A DNA stretch of 64,000 bases from Pseudomonadota bacterium (GTDB taxonomy: Bacteria > Pseudomonadota > Gammaproteobacteria > Enterobacterales > Vibrionaceae). The position numbers and the translations under genes were made by a program. The notes under the pieces are model-generated. The model searched no databases. It had not been told where the DNA came from and saw nothing but the letters and a program-made list of their open reading frames with translations. Below are positions 52,947 to 63,587 of the stretch, one piece after another. Where the stretch lies: NCBI GenBank assembly GCA_036126475.1, contig JAYYSE010000125.1:12159-76158 (forward strand), written 5' to 3'. Within the stretch, counting starts at the first letter, position 1. Every line of letters starts with the position of its first letter.

Positions 52947-53903
52947 ATGCGAGTAATACTTGGCCCTATGGAGGGCGTTCTAGACCACCTAATGCGTGAA
53001 ATTCTAACAGAGCTCAATGATTACGATCTCTGCGTAACCGAATTCGTGCGTGTTACTGATCAACTTCTACCACCGCATGTATTCCATCGTTTATGTCCTG
53101 AGCTTCATCAAGGCTCTCAGACCATGGCGGGCGTTCCTGTCCATGTGCAGTTACTTGGTCAACACCCGAAATGGATGGCAGAAAATGCAATTCAAGCGGC
53201 GAACCTTGGTGCCAAAGGTATCGATCTAAACTTCGGTTGCCCAGCAAAAGCGGTAAATAAGAGTAATGGTGGCGCATCTTTACTGAAAGAGCCCGAGCTT
53301 ATCTACCAAGTTGTTAAAGCGACCCGAGAAGCCGTTCCTGAGCACATTCCAGTTTCAGCTAAGATTCGTTTAGGTTGGGAACACCCAGATGAGTGCTTTG
53401 AAATTGTTGATGCGATTGAACAAGCCAAAGCGGACGAACTAACTGTCCATGCAAGAACCAAAACCGGTGGCTACAAGGCAAGCGAAATTAAGTGGGATTA
53501 CATTAATCAGATCCGCCAGAAGACATCGCTACCTTTGATCGCGAATGGCGAAATATGGAATTATCAAGACGGGCAAGATTGCATTAAAACGACGGGGGTC
53601 GACTCGCTCATGGTGTGCCGTGGTGCTTTCAACGTTCCAAACCTTGGTAACGTGGTTAAGCACAACCACCAGCCAATGCCATGGATAGAGGTTATTGCTC
53701 TGCTATTACGCTATTCAGAGTTCGAAATTGAGGGCGATAAAGGTTTGTACTATCCAAACCGTGTAAAACAGTGGTTTGTGTATCTACGCAAAGAGTACCC
53801 AGAAGCGGAAGAACTGTTCCGAGAAATCAGAACCTACAAAAAAGCTGCGCCTATCGTCGAGCAGATCAAGCGCTACCAAGAGCTGTACAATCAGCCTGCA
53901 TAG
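52947..53903 (+). CDS. dusC: tRNA-dihydrouridine(16) synthase DusC
   Basis: LGPMEGV, CVTEFVRV, DLNFGCP, VHART, ANGEIW. Confidence 0.93.
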   Translation: MRVILGPMEGVLDHLMREILTELNDYDLCVTEFVRVTDQLLPPHVFHRLCPELHQGSQTMAGVPVHVQLLGQHPKWMAENAIQAANLGAKGIDLNFGCPAKAVNKSNGGASLLKEPELIYQVVKATREAVPEHIPVSAKIRLGWEHPDECFEIVDAIEQAKADELTVHARTKTGGYKASEIKWDYINQIRQKTSLPLIANGEIWNYQDGQDCIKTTGVDSLMVCRGAFNVPNLGNVVKHNHQPMPWIEVIALLLRYSEFEIEGDKGLYYPNRVKQWFVYLRKEYPEAEELFREIRTYKKAAPIVEQIKRYQELYNQPA

Positions 53904-54077
53904 ATCTCCCCTCTCGAACTGTCTATTAAAGCATTTCGACTGAACAACGTGGCTAGGTTTGCTCTGGGATTAGATAAGAAACGGGATGAGTAGGATATAC
54001 AAGAATTAGAGCTGAGAGCAACCGAGTATGTGGAATATCGTTACTCTCAGGCCTATAGGGAGATGTGAGGTGTTTTT

Positions 54078-54530
54078 TTAGAACCAACGCTCCATTGCCG
54101 ACTTGTCTAGCTGGCGGAAAGCGCGATTAAGTATAATAGCGAGTTCTTTATAACGAGGACGCGGCTTTATTGGTTCTAATGCAAAACCTGTTTCGGTGAT
54201 CTTTTCGTGCAGCTCACGATACCAAGACACCAAAGCTGGCGGAAGTAGCGTGTTTGAGCGGTTACCTAACCACCACATGCCTTGAAGTGGCAAGCTAATA
54301 GCGAACAAAGCCATAACCACAGCTTGTGGTATTGCTTGGTAATTATTAAAAACCATTTGCGTAAGAACACTGATAGCAGCGATCGCAGGCATCACCTTAA
54401 CACCAAAGCGCGTCGCTTTAATGATGCGTTGCTCTGGGAAAATAGCGTTTAACTCTTTTCGAACAGGCCAGAGATCCATGTATTTTTGGCCATCTTTTAA
54501 ACTGCCAGCTAAACCAACTCTATTGCTCAT
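54078..54530 (-). CDS. yfbV: YfbV (DUF412) inner-membrane protein
   Basis: [28 protein letters not shown]; divergent from ackA. Confidence 0.92.
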   Translation of the reverse strand: MSNRVGLAGSLKDGQKYMDLWPVRKELNAIFPEQRIIKATRFGVKVMPAIAAISVLTQMVFNNYQAIPQAVVMALFAISLPLQGMWWLGNRSNTLLPPALVSWYRELHEKITETGFALEPIKPRPRYKELAIILNRAFRQLDKSAMERWF

Positions 54531-54874
54531 ATGAGCCCCCCATTAAAAAAAAGTTGAAATCATCAACTAAAAACACAAAAATTTGACGAAAAATAATATT
54601 CTTTCAAATTTTTTTGTTATATTTGCACAATATCGCTATTATTTGCAGACCTCAATCTCATTGTTGCCCTTATTTACAATTTAAGCAACTTTGAGAAGAC
54701 TTCTGCAAGGAATGCACAAGCCGCTTTTGCTTAAAAAGTGCGCTTTCACTTTAATACGGAAATTAACGTTTTTTTGACCAAGGTTAGTACGCAAGCCACC
54801 GAGCTTCGTCTATTCTTGAGATTAATTTTCATCCTTAACTGATTTCGATCAGAAAAATTAACAGGTAGTCATTA

Positions 54875-56071
54875 ATGTCTAAGCTAGTTTTAGTTTTAAA
54901 CTGTGGTAGTTCTTCTCTTAAATTCGCTGTTGTTGATGCAGAAACAGGTGCAGAGCACTTAACTGGTCTTGCTGAGTGTCTAGGTCTTCCAGAAGCTCGT
55001 ATGAAGTGGAAACTTGACGGCAAGCACGAAGCACAACTAGGCGCGGGCGCAGCTCACGTAGAAGCACTATCTTTCATGGTAGAAACTATTCTTGCTTCTA
55101 AGCCTGAGCTTAAAGCTAACCTTGGCGCTATCGGTCACCGTATCGTACACGGCGGCGAGCAGTTCACTCAATCTGCACTAATCACAGATGACGTTCTTAA
55201 GGGTATTCAAGACGCTGCGACTTTCGCACCTCTTCACAACCCAGCTCACCTAATCGGTATCGAAGCTGCTCAACAGAACTTCCCAGGCCTTAAAAACGTT
55301 GCTGTATTTGACACTGCGTTCCACCAAACAATGCCTTCTGAGTCTTACCTATACGCTCTACCATACAACCTGTACAAAGAGCACGGCATCCGTCGTTACG
55401 GCATGCACGGTACTTCTCACCTATTCATCACTCGTGAAGTTGCAGGCCTATTAAACAAGCCAGTTGAAGAAGTTAACATCATCAACTGTCACCTAGGTAA
55501 CGGCGCTTCTGTATGTGCGATCAAGAACGGTAAATCTGTAGACACTTCTATGGGTCTTACTCCTCTTGAAGGTCTTGTAATGGGTACTCGTTGTGGTGAC
55601 CTAGACCCTGCAATCATCTTCCACCTACATGACGCACTTGGTTACTCTGTTGAAGAAATCAACAACATGCTAACTAAAGAGTCTGGTCTTGCTGGTCTAA
55701 CTGAAGTGACTTCTGACTGTCGTTTCGTTGAAGACAACTATGGTGAGAAAGAAGAAGCAACTCGTGCAATGGACGTATTCTGTCACCGTCTAGCTAAGTA
55801 CGTTGCTGGTTACACTGCAACTCTTGAAGGTCGTCTAGACGCAATCACTTTCACTGGCGGCATCGGCGAAAACTCTGGCCCAATCCGTGAAATGGTTCTA
55901 AACCGCCTAGGCATCTTCGGCATCGAAGTTGACGGTGAAGCTAACCTTAAAGCTCGTTTCGGCGGCGAAGGTACTATCACTACAGCTAACAGCCGTATCC
56001 CTGCAATGGTTATCTCTACTAACGAAGAGCTAGTCATTGCTGAAGACACTGCGAAGCTAGCAGGTCTTTAA
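54875..56071 (+). CDS. ackA: Acetate kinase
   Basis: [28 protein letters not shown]. Confidence 0.98.
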   Translation: MSKLVLVLNCGSSSLKFAVVDAETGAEHLTGLAECLGLPEARMKWKLDGKHEAQLGAGAAHVEALSFMVETILASKPELKANLGAIGHRIVHGGEQFTQSALITDDVLKGIQDAATFAPLHNPAHLIGIEAAQQNFPGLKNVAVFDTAFHQTMPSESYLYALPYNLYKEHGIRRYGMHGTSHLFITREVAGLLNKPVEEVNIINCHLGNGASVCAIKNGKSVDTSMGLTPLEGLVMGTRCGDLDPAIIFHLHDALGYSVEEINNMLTKESGLAGLTEVTSDCRFVEDNYGEKEEATRAMDVFCHRLAKYVAGYTATLEGRLDAITFTGGIGENSGPIREMVLNRLGIFGIEVDGEANLKARFGGEGTITTANSRIPAMVISTNEELVIAEDTAKLAGL

Positions 56072-56125
56072 TCAAAATTTGTACCGCTGGCTTTAACGAG
56101 CCGGCGGTCTTTTGATGAAAATGGG

Positions 56126-56182
56126 GCTCAGCTTCTATTCCTATTCCTACCCTTAAATAGGAATATGAAGTTGAGCTTTTTT
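56126..56182 (+). terminator. Long hairpin plus U-tract between ackA and pta
   Basis: GCTCAGCTTC-TATTCCTATT...AATAGGAATA-T-GAAGTTGAGC-TTTTTT. Confidence 0.6.
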
Positions 56183-56210
56183 AATCCAATAGCTAAAGGT
56201 ACTCATACGA

Positions 56211-58376
56211 ATGTCTCGTACTATTATGCTTATCCCTACTAGTGCTGGTGTTGGTCTAACTAGCGCAAGCATGGGTGTTCTTCGCGCAATGGAGCGCAAG
56301 GGCGTTAAGGTTTCTTTCTACAAACCAATCTCTCAACCACGTTCTGGTGGTGATCAACCTGATCTAACTTCAACTATCGTTGGTACAAACAGCGATGTTA
56401 AGATCGGTCAACCTCTAGCGATGTCTGTTGCTGAAAGCCTTATCGGTAACGACAACATGGACGAGCTACTAGAAACTGTTGTTGAGCGTTACAACCAGAT
56501 CAACAAAGATGCTGACGTAACACTTATCGAAGGTCTAGTACCAACTCGTAAGCACCCATTCGCTAACCAAGTGAACGCAGAAATTGCTGCAACACTAGGT
56601 GCAGAGATTGTACTTGTTGCAACTCCGGGTACTGACAATCCAACTCAACTTAAAGAGCGTATCGAAGTAGCATGTTCTAACTTCGGTGGCACTAAGAACA
56701 AAAACATCTCTGGCGTTATCATCAACAAGCTTAACGCACCAGTAGATGAAGCGGGCCGTACTCGCCCTGACCTATCTGAAATCTTTGACGATGCAGACAG
56801 CGCTCAGCAAAGCGAACTAAAAGTAATGGAGATCTTCAACACTTCTCCAATCCGTGTTCTTGGTTGTGTGCCTTGGAGCATCGAGCTAATCGCTACTCGT
56901 GCTGCAGACATGGCTTCTCACCTAAACGCTGAGATCATCAACGAAGGTGAACTGAATACTCGTCGTGTTAAGAGCATCACTTTCTGTGCACGTTCTCTAC
57001 CGCACATGATTGAACACTTCAAGCCAGGTTCACTACTTGTGACTTCGGCTGACCGTCCTGACGTTATCGTTGCAGCAGCACTTGCAGCAATGAACGGCGT
57101 TGAGATTGGTGCTGTTCTTCTAACTGGTGGTTACGATATCCCTGCGGAAATCCAAGACCTAATCAAGCCTGCTCTGGAGACTGGTCTTCCAATCTTTAAA
57201 GCACAAGGTAACACTTGGCAGACATCTCTGAACCTACAGAGCTTCAGCCTAGAAGTACCAGCAGACGATAAAGAGCGTATCGAGTTCATCAACGAACACG
57301 TTGCGGGTCACATCGATGGCAACTGGATTGAGTCAATGACGGAAGGTACTGAGAAGTCTCGTCGTCTAAGCCCACCAGCATTCCGTTACCAACTAACTGA
57401 GTTCGCTCGTAAAGCTGGCAAGCGTATCGTTCTTCCTGAAGGTGATGAGCCACGTACAGTTAAAGCTGCGGCTATCTGTGCTGAGCGCGGCATCGCTGAA
57501 TGTGTGCTTCTAGGTAACCCTGACGAAATCCGTCGCGTTGCTGCACAACAAGGCGTTGAGCTAGGTGCTGGCGTAACGATCATCAACTCTGATGAAGTTC
57601 GTGAAAACTACGTGGCTCGTCTAGTTGAACTACGTGGCGCGAAAGGCATGACTGAAGTTGTTGCTCGTGAGAAGCTACAAGATTCAGTATTCCTAGGCAC
57701 AATGATGCTTGAGAACGACGAAGTAGACGGTCTAGTTTCTGGTGCGGTTCACACCACAGCAAACACTATCGTTCCTCCGTTCCAAATCATCAAGACTGCA
57801 CCAGATGCGTCTATCGTATCTTCTGTATTCTTCATGCTACTGCCTGACCAAGTTCTGGTTTACGGTGACTGTGCGATCAACCCAGATCCAACAGCGGAAC
57901 AGCTTGCTGAAATCGCTATCCAATCTGCAGATTCTGCTGCGGCATTCGGTATCGACCCACGCGTTGCTATGATCTCTTACTCTACTGGTGAATCTGGTAA
58001 GGGTGCAGACGTAGATAAAGTACGTGAAGCAACTAAGATTGCTCAAGAGAAGCGTCCTGATCTAGTGATCGACGGTCCTCTTCAGTACGATGCTGCTATC
58101 ATGGAAAACGTTGCTGCTTCTAAAGCACCAAACTCTCCAGTAGCTGGTAAAGCGACTGTATTCGTATTCCCAGACCTAAACACTGGTAACACGACTTACA
58201 AAGCGGTACAACGTTCAGCAGATCTAGTATCAATCGGTCCAATGCTTCAAGGTATGCGCAAGCCAGTAAATGACTTGTCTCGTGGCGCTCTAGTAGACGA
58301 TATCGTGTACACAGTCGCTCAAACGGCTATCCAATCAGACCAAGCTGCACAAGCTGAAGAAAAAGTAGTTAACTAA
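56211..58376 (+). CDS. pta: Phosphate acetyltransferase (long form)
   Basis: N-terminal AAA/DRTGG domains, [21 protein letters not shown]. Confidence 0.98.
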   Translation: MSRTIMLIPTSAGVGLTSASMGVLRAMERKGVKVSFYKPISQPRSGGDQPDLTSTIVGTNSDVKIGQPLAMSVAESLIGNDNMDELLETVVERYNQINKDADVTLIEGLVPTRKHPFANQVNAEIAATLGAEIVLVATPGTDNPTQLKERIEVACSNFGGTKNKNISGVIINKLNAPVDEAGRTRPDLSEIFDDADSAQQSELKVMEIFNTSPIRVLGCVPWSIELIATRAADMASHLNAEIINEGELNTRRVKSITFCARSLPHMIEHFKPGSLLVTSADRPDVIVAAALAAMNGVEIGAVLLTGGYDIPAEIQDLIKPALETGLPIFKAQGNTWQTSLNLQSFSLEVPADDKERIEFINEHVAGHIDGNWIESMTEGTEKSRRLSPPAFRYQLTEFARKAGKRIVLPEGDEPRTVKAAAICAERGIAECVLLGNPDEIRRVAAQQGVELGAGVTIINSDEVRENYVARLVELRGAKGMTEVVAREKLQDSVFLGTMMLENDEVDGLVSGAVHTTANTIVPPFQIIKTAPDASIVSSVFFMLLPDQVLVYGDCAINPDPTAEQLAEIAIQSADSAAAFGIDPRVAMISYSTGESGKGADVDKVREATKIAQEKRPDLVIDGPLQYDAAIMENVAASKAPNSPVAGKATVFVFPDLNTGNTTYKAVQRSADLVSIGPMLQGMRKPVNDLSRGALVDDIVYTVAQTAIQSDQAAQAEEKVVN

Positions 58377-58394
58377 TTTTCTTTTTCAGAAAGC

Positions 58395-58426
58395 AAAAAC
58401 CCTAGATGTTTATCTAGGGTTTTTTT
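58395..58426. terminator. Bidirectional terminator between pta and yqjG
   Basis: AAAAACCCTAGAT-GTTT-ATCTAGGGTTTTTTT. Confidence 0.88.
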
Positions 58427-58457
58427 ACGCCTGAGAAAAGCGAATTAACTAATGATT

Positions 58458-59396
58458 CTAACCACGTCCGTGAGGTGAATCTAAATCCAAATCAGGCCCT
58501 TTGGGCACTACTTGAGTCGGGTTGATACCAGTGTGGCTGTAATAATAATGGCGCTTAATGTGGTAGAAGTCCGTCGTCTCTTTAATGCCATCGATTTGAT
58601 AGAGCTCTTTTAAATAACCTTGGATATGTTTGTAATCTGCAATTCGTTGCTTGTCACACTTGAAGTGACCCACATACACTGCATCGAATCGAACTAAGGT
58701 CGTGAACAACCGCCAATCAGCTTCAGTAATCTGCTCTCCCGCTAAATAACGGCTCTTGCTAAGATGTGCATCTACTTTGTCCAGTGCCTTGAAAAGCGCA
58801 TCATACGCCTCTTCATAAGCTTCTTGTGTGGTTGCAAAGCCAGTACGATAAACGCCATTGTTGATATTTGGGTAGATATAGTCGTTCCACTGATCAATTT
58901 TGCTCGTCAGTTCCCACGGGTAATAATCCTCAGTATTGCCTGTAATATGATTAAACTCTGAGTTAAACATGCGAATAATTTCAGAAGATTCGTTACTGAC
59001 TATGGTGTTGGTTTTCTTATCCCACAATACTGGCACCGTGACTCGACCTGAATAGTCCGGTTTGGCTTGGGTGTAGATTTGGTGCATGCGAGTATGACCA
59101 AACAACGGCTCAGGTAAGCCCATTTGCCAACCTTCACTCATCATATCCGGGCAAACAACAGTTACATCAATGTGATCAGTTAGGTCTTTAAGTTCTCTGA
59201 AGATAAGTGTGCGGTGTGCCCAAGGGCAAGCTAACGATACATAAAGATGATAACGACCACTTTCCGCTTCAAACTGCGCGCCTGCTTTATTCTCAACCCA
59301 ATGGCGGAAACCGGCATCCTCTCGAATAAACTTACCACCATTCTCTTTGGTGTCGTACCATACATCGTGCCAAACACCTTCAACTAATTTGCCCAT
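58458..59396 (-). CDS. yqjG: Glutathionyl-hydroquinone reductase (GST Xi class)
   Basis: YVSLACPWAHR, TVPVLWD, NESSEII, NNGVY, HIKRHYY; ATG behind AGAGG. Confidence 0.92.
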   Translation of the reverse strand: MGKLVEGVWHDVWYDTKENGGKFIREDAGFRHWVENKAGAQFEAESGRYHLYVSLACPWAHRTLIFRELKDLTDHIDVTVVCPDMMSEGWQMGLPEPLFGHTRMHQIYTQAKPDYSGRVTVPVLWDKKTNTIVSNESSEIIRMFNSEFNHITGNTEDYYPWELTSKIDQWNDYIYPNINNGVYRTGFATTQEAYEEAYDALFKALDKVDAHLSKSRYLAGEQITEADWRLFTTLVRFDAVYVGHFKCDKQRIADYKHIQGYLKELYQIDGIKETTDFYHIKRHYYYSHTGINPTQVVPKGPDLDLDSPHGRG

Positions 59397-59532
59397 ATCC
59401 AAACCTCTGTGATACTAACTTTTCTCTAGTATAAAAAAAGCCAACTTTTTCAAAACTAGAAGAAGTTGGCTTAGTTGTTCGAATTATTTGATGAAGCTGT
59501 TGAGCAAAATAGAGGAACTAGGCCTGCAGTAC

Positions 59533-59590
59533 AAAAAAAGCGCGACTCTAAACACTAGTCGCGCCTAAGCCTGTCACAGGCTGAACCGTT
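59533..59590 (-). ncRNA. oppZ: OppZ-like 3'-UTR-derived sRNA including the opp operon terminator
   Basis: Minus-strand TTCAGCCTGTGACA is 13/14 complementary to the oppB leader (63468..63481) and is followed by the terminator GCGCGACT...AGTCGCGC-T7. The 5' end is approximate. Confidence 0.75.
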
Positions 59591-59601
59591 TTAAATCGGC
59601 T

Positions 59602-60597
59602 CTAGACTTGTACGTGCAAGCAAGATACTGCGTGAACGTCATCGCCTTGAATTGTAGGCTTGGTTTGCGCACACGCTTCTGTCGCTTGTGGGCAACGAGT
59701 ACGGAAAACACAACCTGATGGTGGATTGATTGGCGATGGTAGGTCACCCTCCAGCATCTGGATTGTTTTACTACGCTCTAAGCGAGGATCCGGAATTGGA
59801 ACCGCAGACATCAACGCCTTGGTGTACGGGTGTTTAGGATCAGAGAACAGTGCATCTGATTCACCAAGCTCAACCGCATTACCCAAATACATTACCAATA
59901 CACGATCAGAAATGTGCTTCACAACTGACAAGTCGTGCGCGATGAATACCAACGAAAGACCTAGCTCTTTTTGCAACTCTTTCAGTAGGTTAACAACTTG
60001 AGCTTGGATAGATACATCAAGTGCCGAAACAGGTTCGTCACAAATGATCATCTTAGGTTTCAAGATAAGTGCTCGTGCGATACCAATACGCTGACACTGA
60101 CCACCAGAGAACTCGTGAGGGTAACGGTTGATTACGTTTGGCAGTAGGCCTACCTTCGCCATCATCTCTTTAACGCGGTCCTTCACTTCCTGCTTAGAAA
60201 GTTCTGGGTAGAACGTTTCTAGCGGCTCAGCAATGATGTCACCGACAGACATACGCGGGTTAAGCGATGCTAGTGGGTCTTGGAAGATCATCTGAATCTC
60301 TTTACGAGTTTCACGGCGTTGTACTTCTTGCATCTTAGTTAGGTCTTGACCCAACCACATTACTTCACCGTCGGTTGCTTCAACCAAACCAATAATTGCA
60401 CGAGCAAACGTCGATTTACCACAACCAGACTCGCCTACTACACCCAGCGTTTCACCTTCGTAAAGGTGGATATCAACGCCATCAACGGCTTTTAGGTTTG
60501 AAGGTTTTGCCCAAGGCCACGCTGATTTAGCCGCAATGCTAAAGTGAACTTTCAGGTCTTTAATATCTAATAATAACTGCTTATCTACTACGCTCAT
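59602..60597 (-). CDS. oppF: Oligopeptide ABC transporter ATPase OppF
   Basis: GESGCGKST, FSGGQCQR, CDEPVSALD, GCVFRTRC. Confidence 0.96.
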   Translation of the reverse strand: MSVVDKQLLLDIKDLKVHFSIAAKSAWPWAKPSNLKAVDGVDIHLYEGETLGVVGESGCGKSTFARAIIGLVEATDGEVMWLGQDLTKMQEVQRRETRKEIQMIFQDPLASLNPRMSVGDIIAEPLETFYPELSKQEVKDRVKEMMAKVGLLPNVINRYPHEFSGGQCQRIGIARALILKPKMIICDEPVSALDVSIQAQVVNLLKELQKELGLSLVFIAHDLSVVKHISDRVLVMYLGNAVELGESDALFSDPKHPYTKALMSAVPIPDPRLERSKTIQMLEGDLPSPINPPSGCVFRTRCPQATEACAQTKPTIQGDDVHAVSCLHVQV

Positions 60598-61571
60598 TTT
60601 GTCCAAGCCTCCCAATCAGAAAAACAAGCACGCTGACGGTCGCCTTGACCAAATGGAGTCAGAATCGGTGCTTCTTGCTTACAACGGTCGATTACACGGT
60701 GACAACGGTCTTGGTAAGGACAGCCTGTTGGCAGGCGAAGTAAGTTTGGTGGGTTACCTGGAATAGTCGGTAGAATCTCACCCTCTGTATCCAAACGAGG
60801 GATCGCTTTCAGTAGACCTTCCGCATATGGGTGACTTGGGTTGTAGAAGATTTCATCAACCGTACCGTACTCCATTGTACGACCTGCGTACATAACAAGT
60901 ACTTTGTCACAAGAACCAGCAACAACACCCAAATCGTGGGTAATCATGATGATTGCCGTATTGAACTCATCTTTCAGTTCGTTCAGCAGTTCCATGATTT
61001 GTGCTTGGATTGTTACATCCAGCGCGGTAGTTGGTTCATCTGCAATAAGCAGCTTTGGACGGCACAATAGCGCCATTGCAATCATCACACGCTGACGCAT
61101 ACCGCCAGAGAATTCATGTGGGTACATGGTAATACGCTTACGTGCTTCAGGGATCTTAACCGCCTCAAGCATGCGAACTGATTCTTCGAATGCTTCCGCT
61201 TTACCCATGCCTTTGTGCAGCATAAGTACTTCCATCAGCTGATCACTTACTTTCATGTAAGGGTTCAGTGAGGTCATCGGATCTTGGAAGATCATCGCGA
61301 TCTGCTCGGCGCGAACTTTATTCAGTTCTTTTTCTGGAAGGTTAAGAATCTCTTTACCTTCGAATTTTGCACTACCAGAGATGATGCCGTTTTTCGCCAG
61401 CAACCCCATGATAGAGAATACAGTCTGTGATTTGCCTGAACCTGACTCACCAACAATACCCAGCGTTTCGCCTTGGTTAAGTGAGAAGTTCAAGTCGTTT
61501 ACTGCGGTTACGATACCATCTTGCGTGGTAAATTCGACGCGCAGGTCTTTGACATCTAATAAGCTCATCAT
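60594..61571 (-). CDS. oppD: Oligopeptide ABC transporter ATPase OppD
   Basis: GESGSGKS, FSGGMRQR, ADEPTTALD. Confidence 0.96.
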   Translation of the reverse strand: MMSLLDVKDLRVEFTTQDGIVTAVNDLNFSLNQGETLGIVGESGSGKSQTVFSIMGLLAKNGIISGSAKFEGKEILNLPEKELNKVRAEQIAMIFQDPMTSLNPYMKVSDQLMEVLMLHKGMGKAEAFEESVRMLEAVKIPEARKRITMYPHEFSGGMRQRVMIAMALLCRPKLLIADEPTTALDVTIQAQIMELLNELKDEFNTAIIMITHDLGVVAGSCDKVLVMYAGRTMEYGTVDEIFYNPSHPYAEGLLKAIPRLDTEGEILPTIPGNPPNLLRLPTGCPYQDRCHRVIDRCKQEAPILTPFGQGDRQRACFSDWEAWTK

Positions 61572-61620
61572 TGCTTCCTTAATCTTTTACAGCTTTTGTA
61601 GTTTTATTTGCTATTAATTT

Positions 61621-62523
61621 TTATCTGTCTTTTGGATCAAGCGCGTCGCGCAGACCATCGCCTACGTAGTTAAAGCAGAACAGCGTGACTACCATGAATG
61701 CCGCAGGGAATGCCAGTTGCCAAATTGCAACTTCCATTGTTTGCGAACCTTCTTGAAGCAGTGCGCCCCAGCTTGTCATAGGCTCTTGAACACCAAGACC
61801 AAGGAAAGATAAGAATGATTCAGTAAGGATCATGCTCGGAATAAGCAGCGTAGAGTAAACCGCTACGATACCTAGAACGTTTGGAACGATGTGACGTGTA
61901 ATGATCTTCCATTTGCTTACACCACATACGTGTGCAGCTTCAATAAACTCTTTACTACGTAAACTCAACGTTTGGCCACGTACAATACGCGCCATATCTA
62001 GCCAAGCAATCGCACCAATCGCAACGAAGATTAGAATGATGTTACGACCAAAGAATGTCACGAGAACGATTACTAGGAACATGAAAGGTACTGCGTACAA
62101 GATTTCTAGGATACGCATCATCACTCGGTCAGTACGGCCACCGATGAAGCCTGAAGCTGCACCGTAAAGCGTACCAATCAATACTGCTACGAAGGCCCCC
62201 ATCACACCAACCATCAATGAGATACGGCCACCAATTAGAGTACGTACATACAAATCCCGACCTAAGCTATCGGTACCAAACCAGTGATCAGCATTAGGAC
62301 CTACGTGCATTGCATACCAGTCGGTATCATCGAACGTGTACTGAGCTAGCATCGGTAGGAAGATAACTGCCAGTACCATTAACGTTAGGATAAACAGGCT
62401 GACCATCGCGGCTTTGTTTCGCATGAAACGAATACGAGCATCCTGCCATAAACTACGACCTTCGATCTCTAAACTCTCAGAGAACTTTTCGATCGCTTCT
62501 AAATTTTCTTTTTTCTTCAACAT
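61621..62523 (-). CDS. oppC: Oligopeptide ABC permease OppC
   Basis: GRSLWQDA, FGTDSLGRD, EFIEAA, DGLRDALDP. Confidence 0.96.
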   Translation of the reverse strand: MLKKKENLEAIEKFSESLEIEGRSLWQDARIRFMRNKAAMVSLFILTLMVLAVIFLPMLAQYTFDDTDWYAMHVGPNADHWFGTDSLGRDLYVRTLIGGRISLMVGVMGAFVAVLIGTLYGAASGFIGGRTDRVMMRILEILYAVPFMFLVIVLVTFFGRNIILIFVAIGAIAWLDMARIVRGQTLSLRSKEFIEAAHVCGVSKWKIITRHIVPNVLGIVAVYSTLLIPSMILTESFLSFLGLGVQEPMTSWGALLQEGSQTMEVAIWQLAFPAAFMVVTLFCFNYVGDGLRDALDPKDR

Positions 62524-62535
62524 AACCAGTCCCTG

Positions 62536-63456
62536 TTAGTAGCGAATTTTCGGGTCAATCAGCGCTAGCAAAATATCAACAATTGCGTTGAACAAGATGA
62601 ATAGGAAACCAATCAAGATGGTTACACCCATTACTAGCGAGTAGTCACGGTTAAACGCAGCGTTAACAAACAACTTACCGATACCTGGTAGGCCGAAGAT
62701 GGTTTCAACAACAACTGAGCCTGTGATGATACCTACGAATGCAGGTCCCATATATGAAACAACAGGTAGAAGTGCTGGTTTAAGAGCATGCTTAACAACG
62801 ATGTAGCGATAGCTTAGACCTTTTGCACGAGCAGTTCGAATAAAGTTACTGTTTAGAGTTTCGATCATGCTACCACGAGTAATACGGGCGAAAGTTGCTA
62901 CGTATAAAAGAGACATCGCGATAACAGGCAACACGATATACATGAATGTACCGCCTTGCCAGCCACCAGCAGGGAAAATATCCCAGTGCAGCGAGAATAG
63001 GTAAATCAGTGCGGGTGCCAATACGAACGATGGCATTACAACCCCAAGCATCGCCGTCGACATAATGGTGTAGTCGACCCAAGTATTGTGCTTCAACGCA
63101 GCAATAGTTCCGACAGTCACCCCCAAAATAACGGTGAAGATAAACGCAACAAAGCCAACTTTAGCCGAAACAGGTAGCGCAACAGAGATTAATTCATTTA
63201 CCGAGTAATCTAAGTACTTGAAGGATGGACCAAAGTCGCCTTGAACTACATTGAACAGGTAAGTGGTGTATTGTTCGAAAACAGGCTTATCTAAACCGTA
63301 CTTAGCTTCGATGTTAGCCATAACTTCAGGCGGTAACGGCTTCTCAGTTGAAAAAGGGTTACCTGGCGCAAAGCGCATTAGAAAGAAAGATACGGTGATC
63401 AATACCAACATGGTTGGAATCGCTTCAAATATCCTTTTTGCGATGAATTTAAGCAT
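62536..63456 (-). CDS. oppB: Oligopeptide ABC permease OppB
   Basis: APGNPF, GDFGPSFKY, TARAKGL, DPKIRY. Confidence 0.96.
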   Translation of the reverse strand: MLKFIAKRIFEAIPTMLVLITVSFFLMRFAPGNPFSTEKPLPPEVMANIEAKYGLDKPVFEQYTTYLFNVVQGDFGPSFKYLDYSVNELISVALPVSAKVGFVAFIFTVILGVTVGTIAALKHNTWVDYTIMSTAMLGVVMPSFVLAPALIYLFSLHWDIFPAGGWQGGTFMYIVLPVIAMSLLYVATFARITRGSMIETLNSNFIRTARAKGLSYRYIVVKHALKPALLPVVSYMGPAFVGIITGSVVVETIFGLPGIGKLFVNAAFNRDYSLVMGVTILIGFLFILFNAIVDILLALIDPKIRY

Positions 63457-63532
63457 AAACTCACTCTTTCAGTCTGTGACATTAAAATTAAAGAAATCTT
63501 CAATCAATTTAATTTCAGATTGAAGAGAGGCG

Positions 63533-63556
63533 CTGCATGCAATTTCTAGCATGCAG
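63533..63556 (-). other. Stem-loop in the oppA-oppB intergenic region (mRNA stabiliser or pause)
   Basis: CTGCATGC-AATTTCTA-GCATGCAG. Confidence 0.55.
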
Positions 63557-63587
63557 AGCCCAGTTTTATAGTTCTATTTGCTCAGAA

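Noticed and set aside
54554-54566. FNR-like site TTGAA-ATC-ATCAA upstream of yfbV/ackA
   Set aside because: Spacer is 3 bp rather than the required 4 bp.
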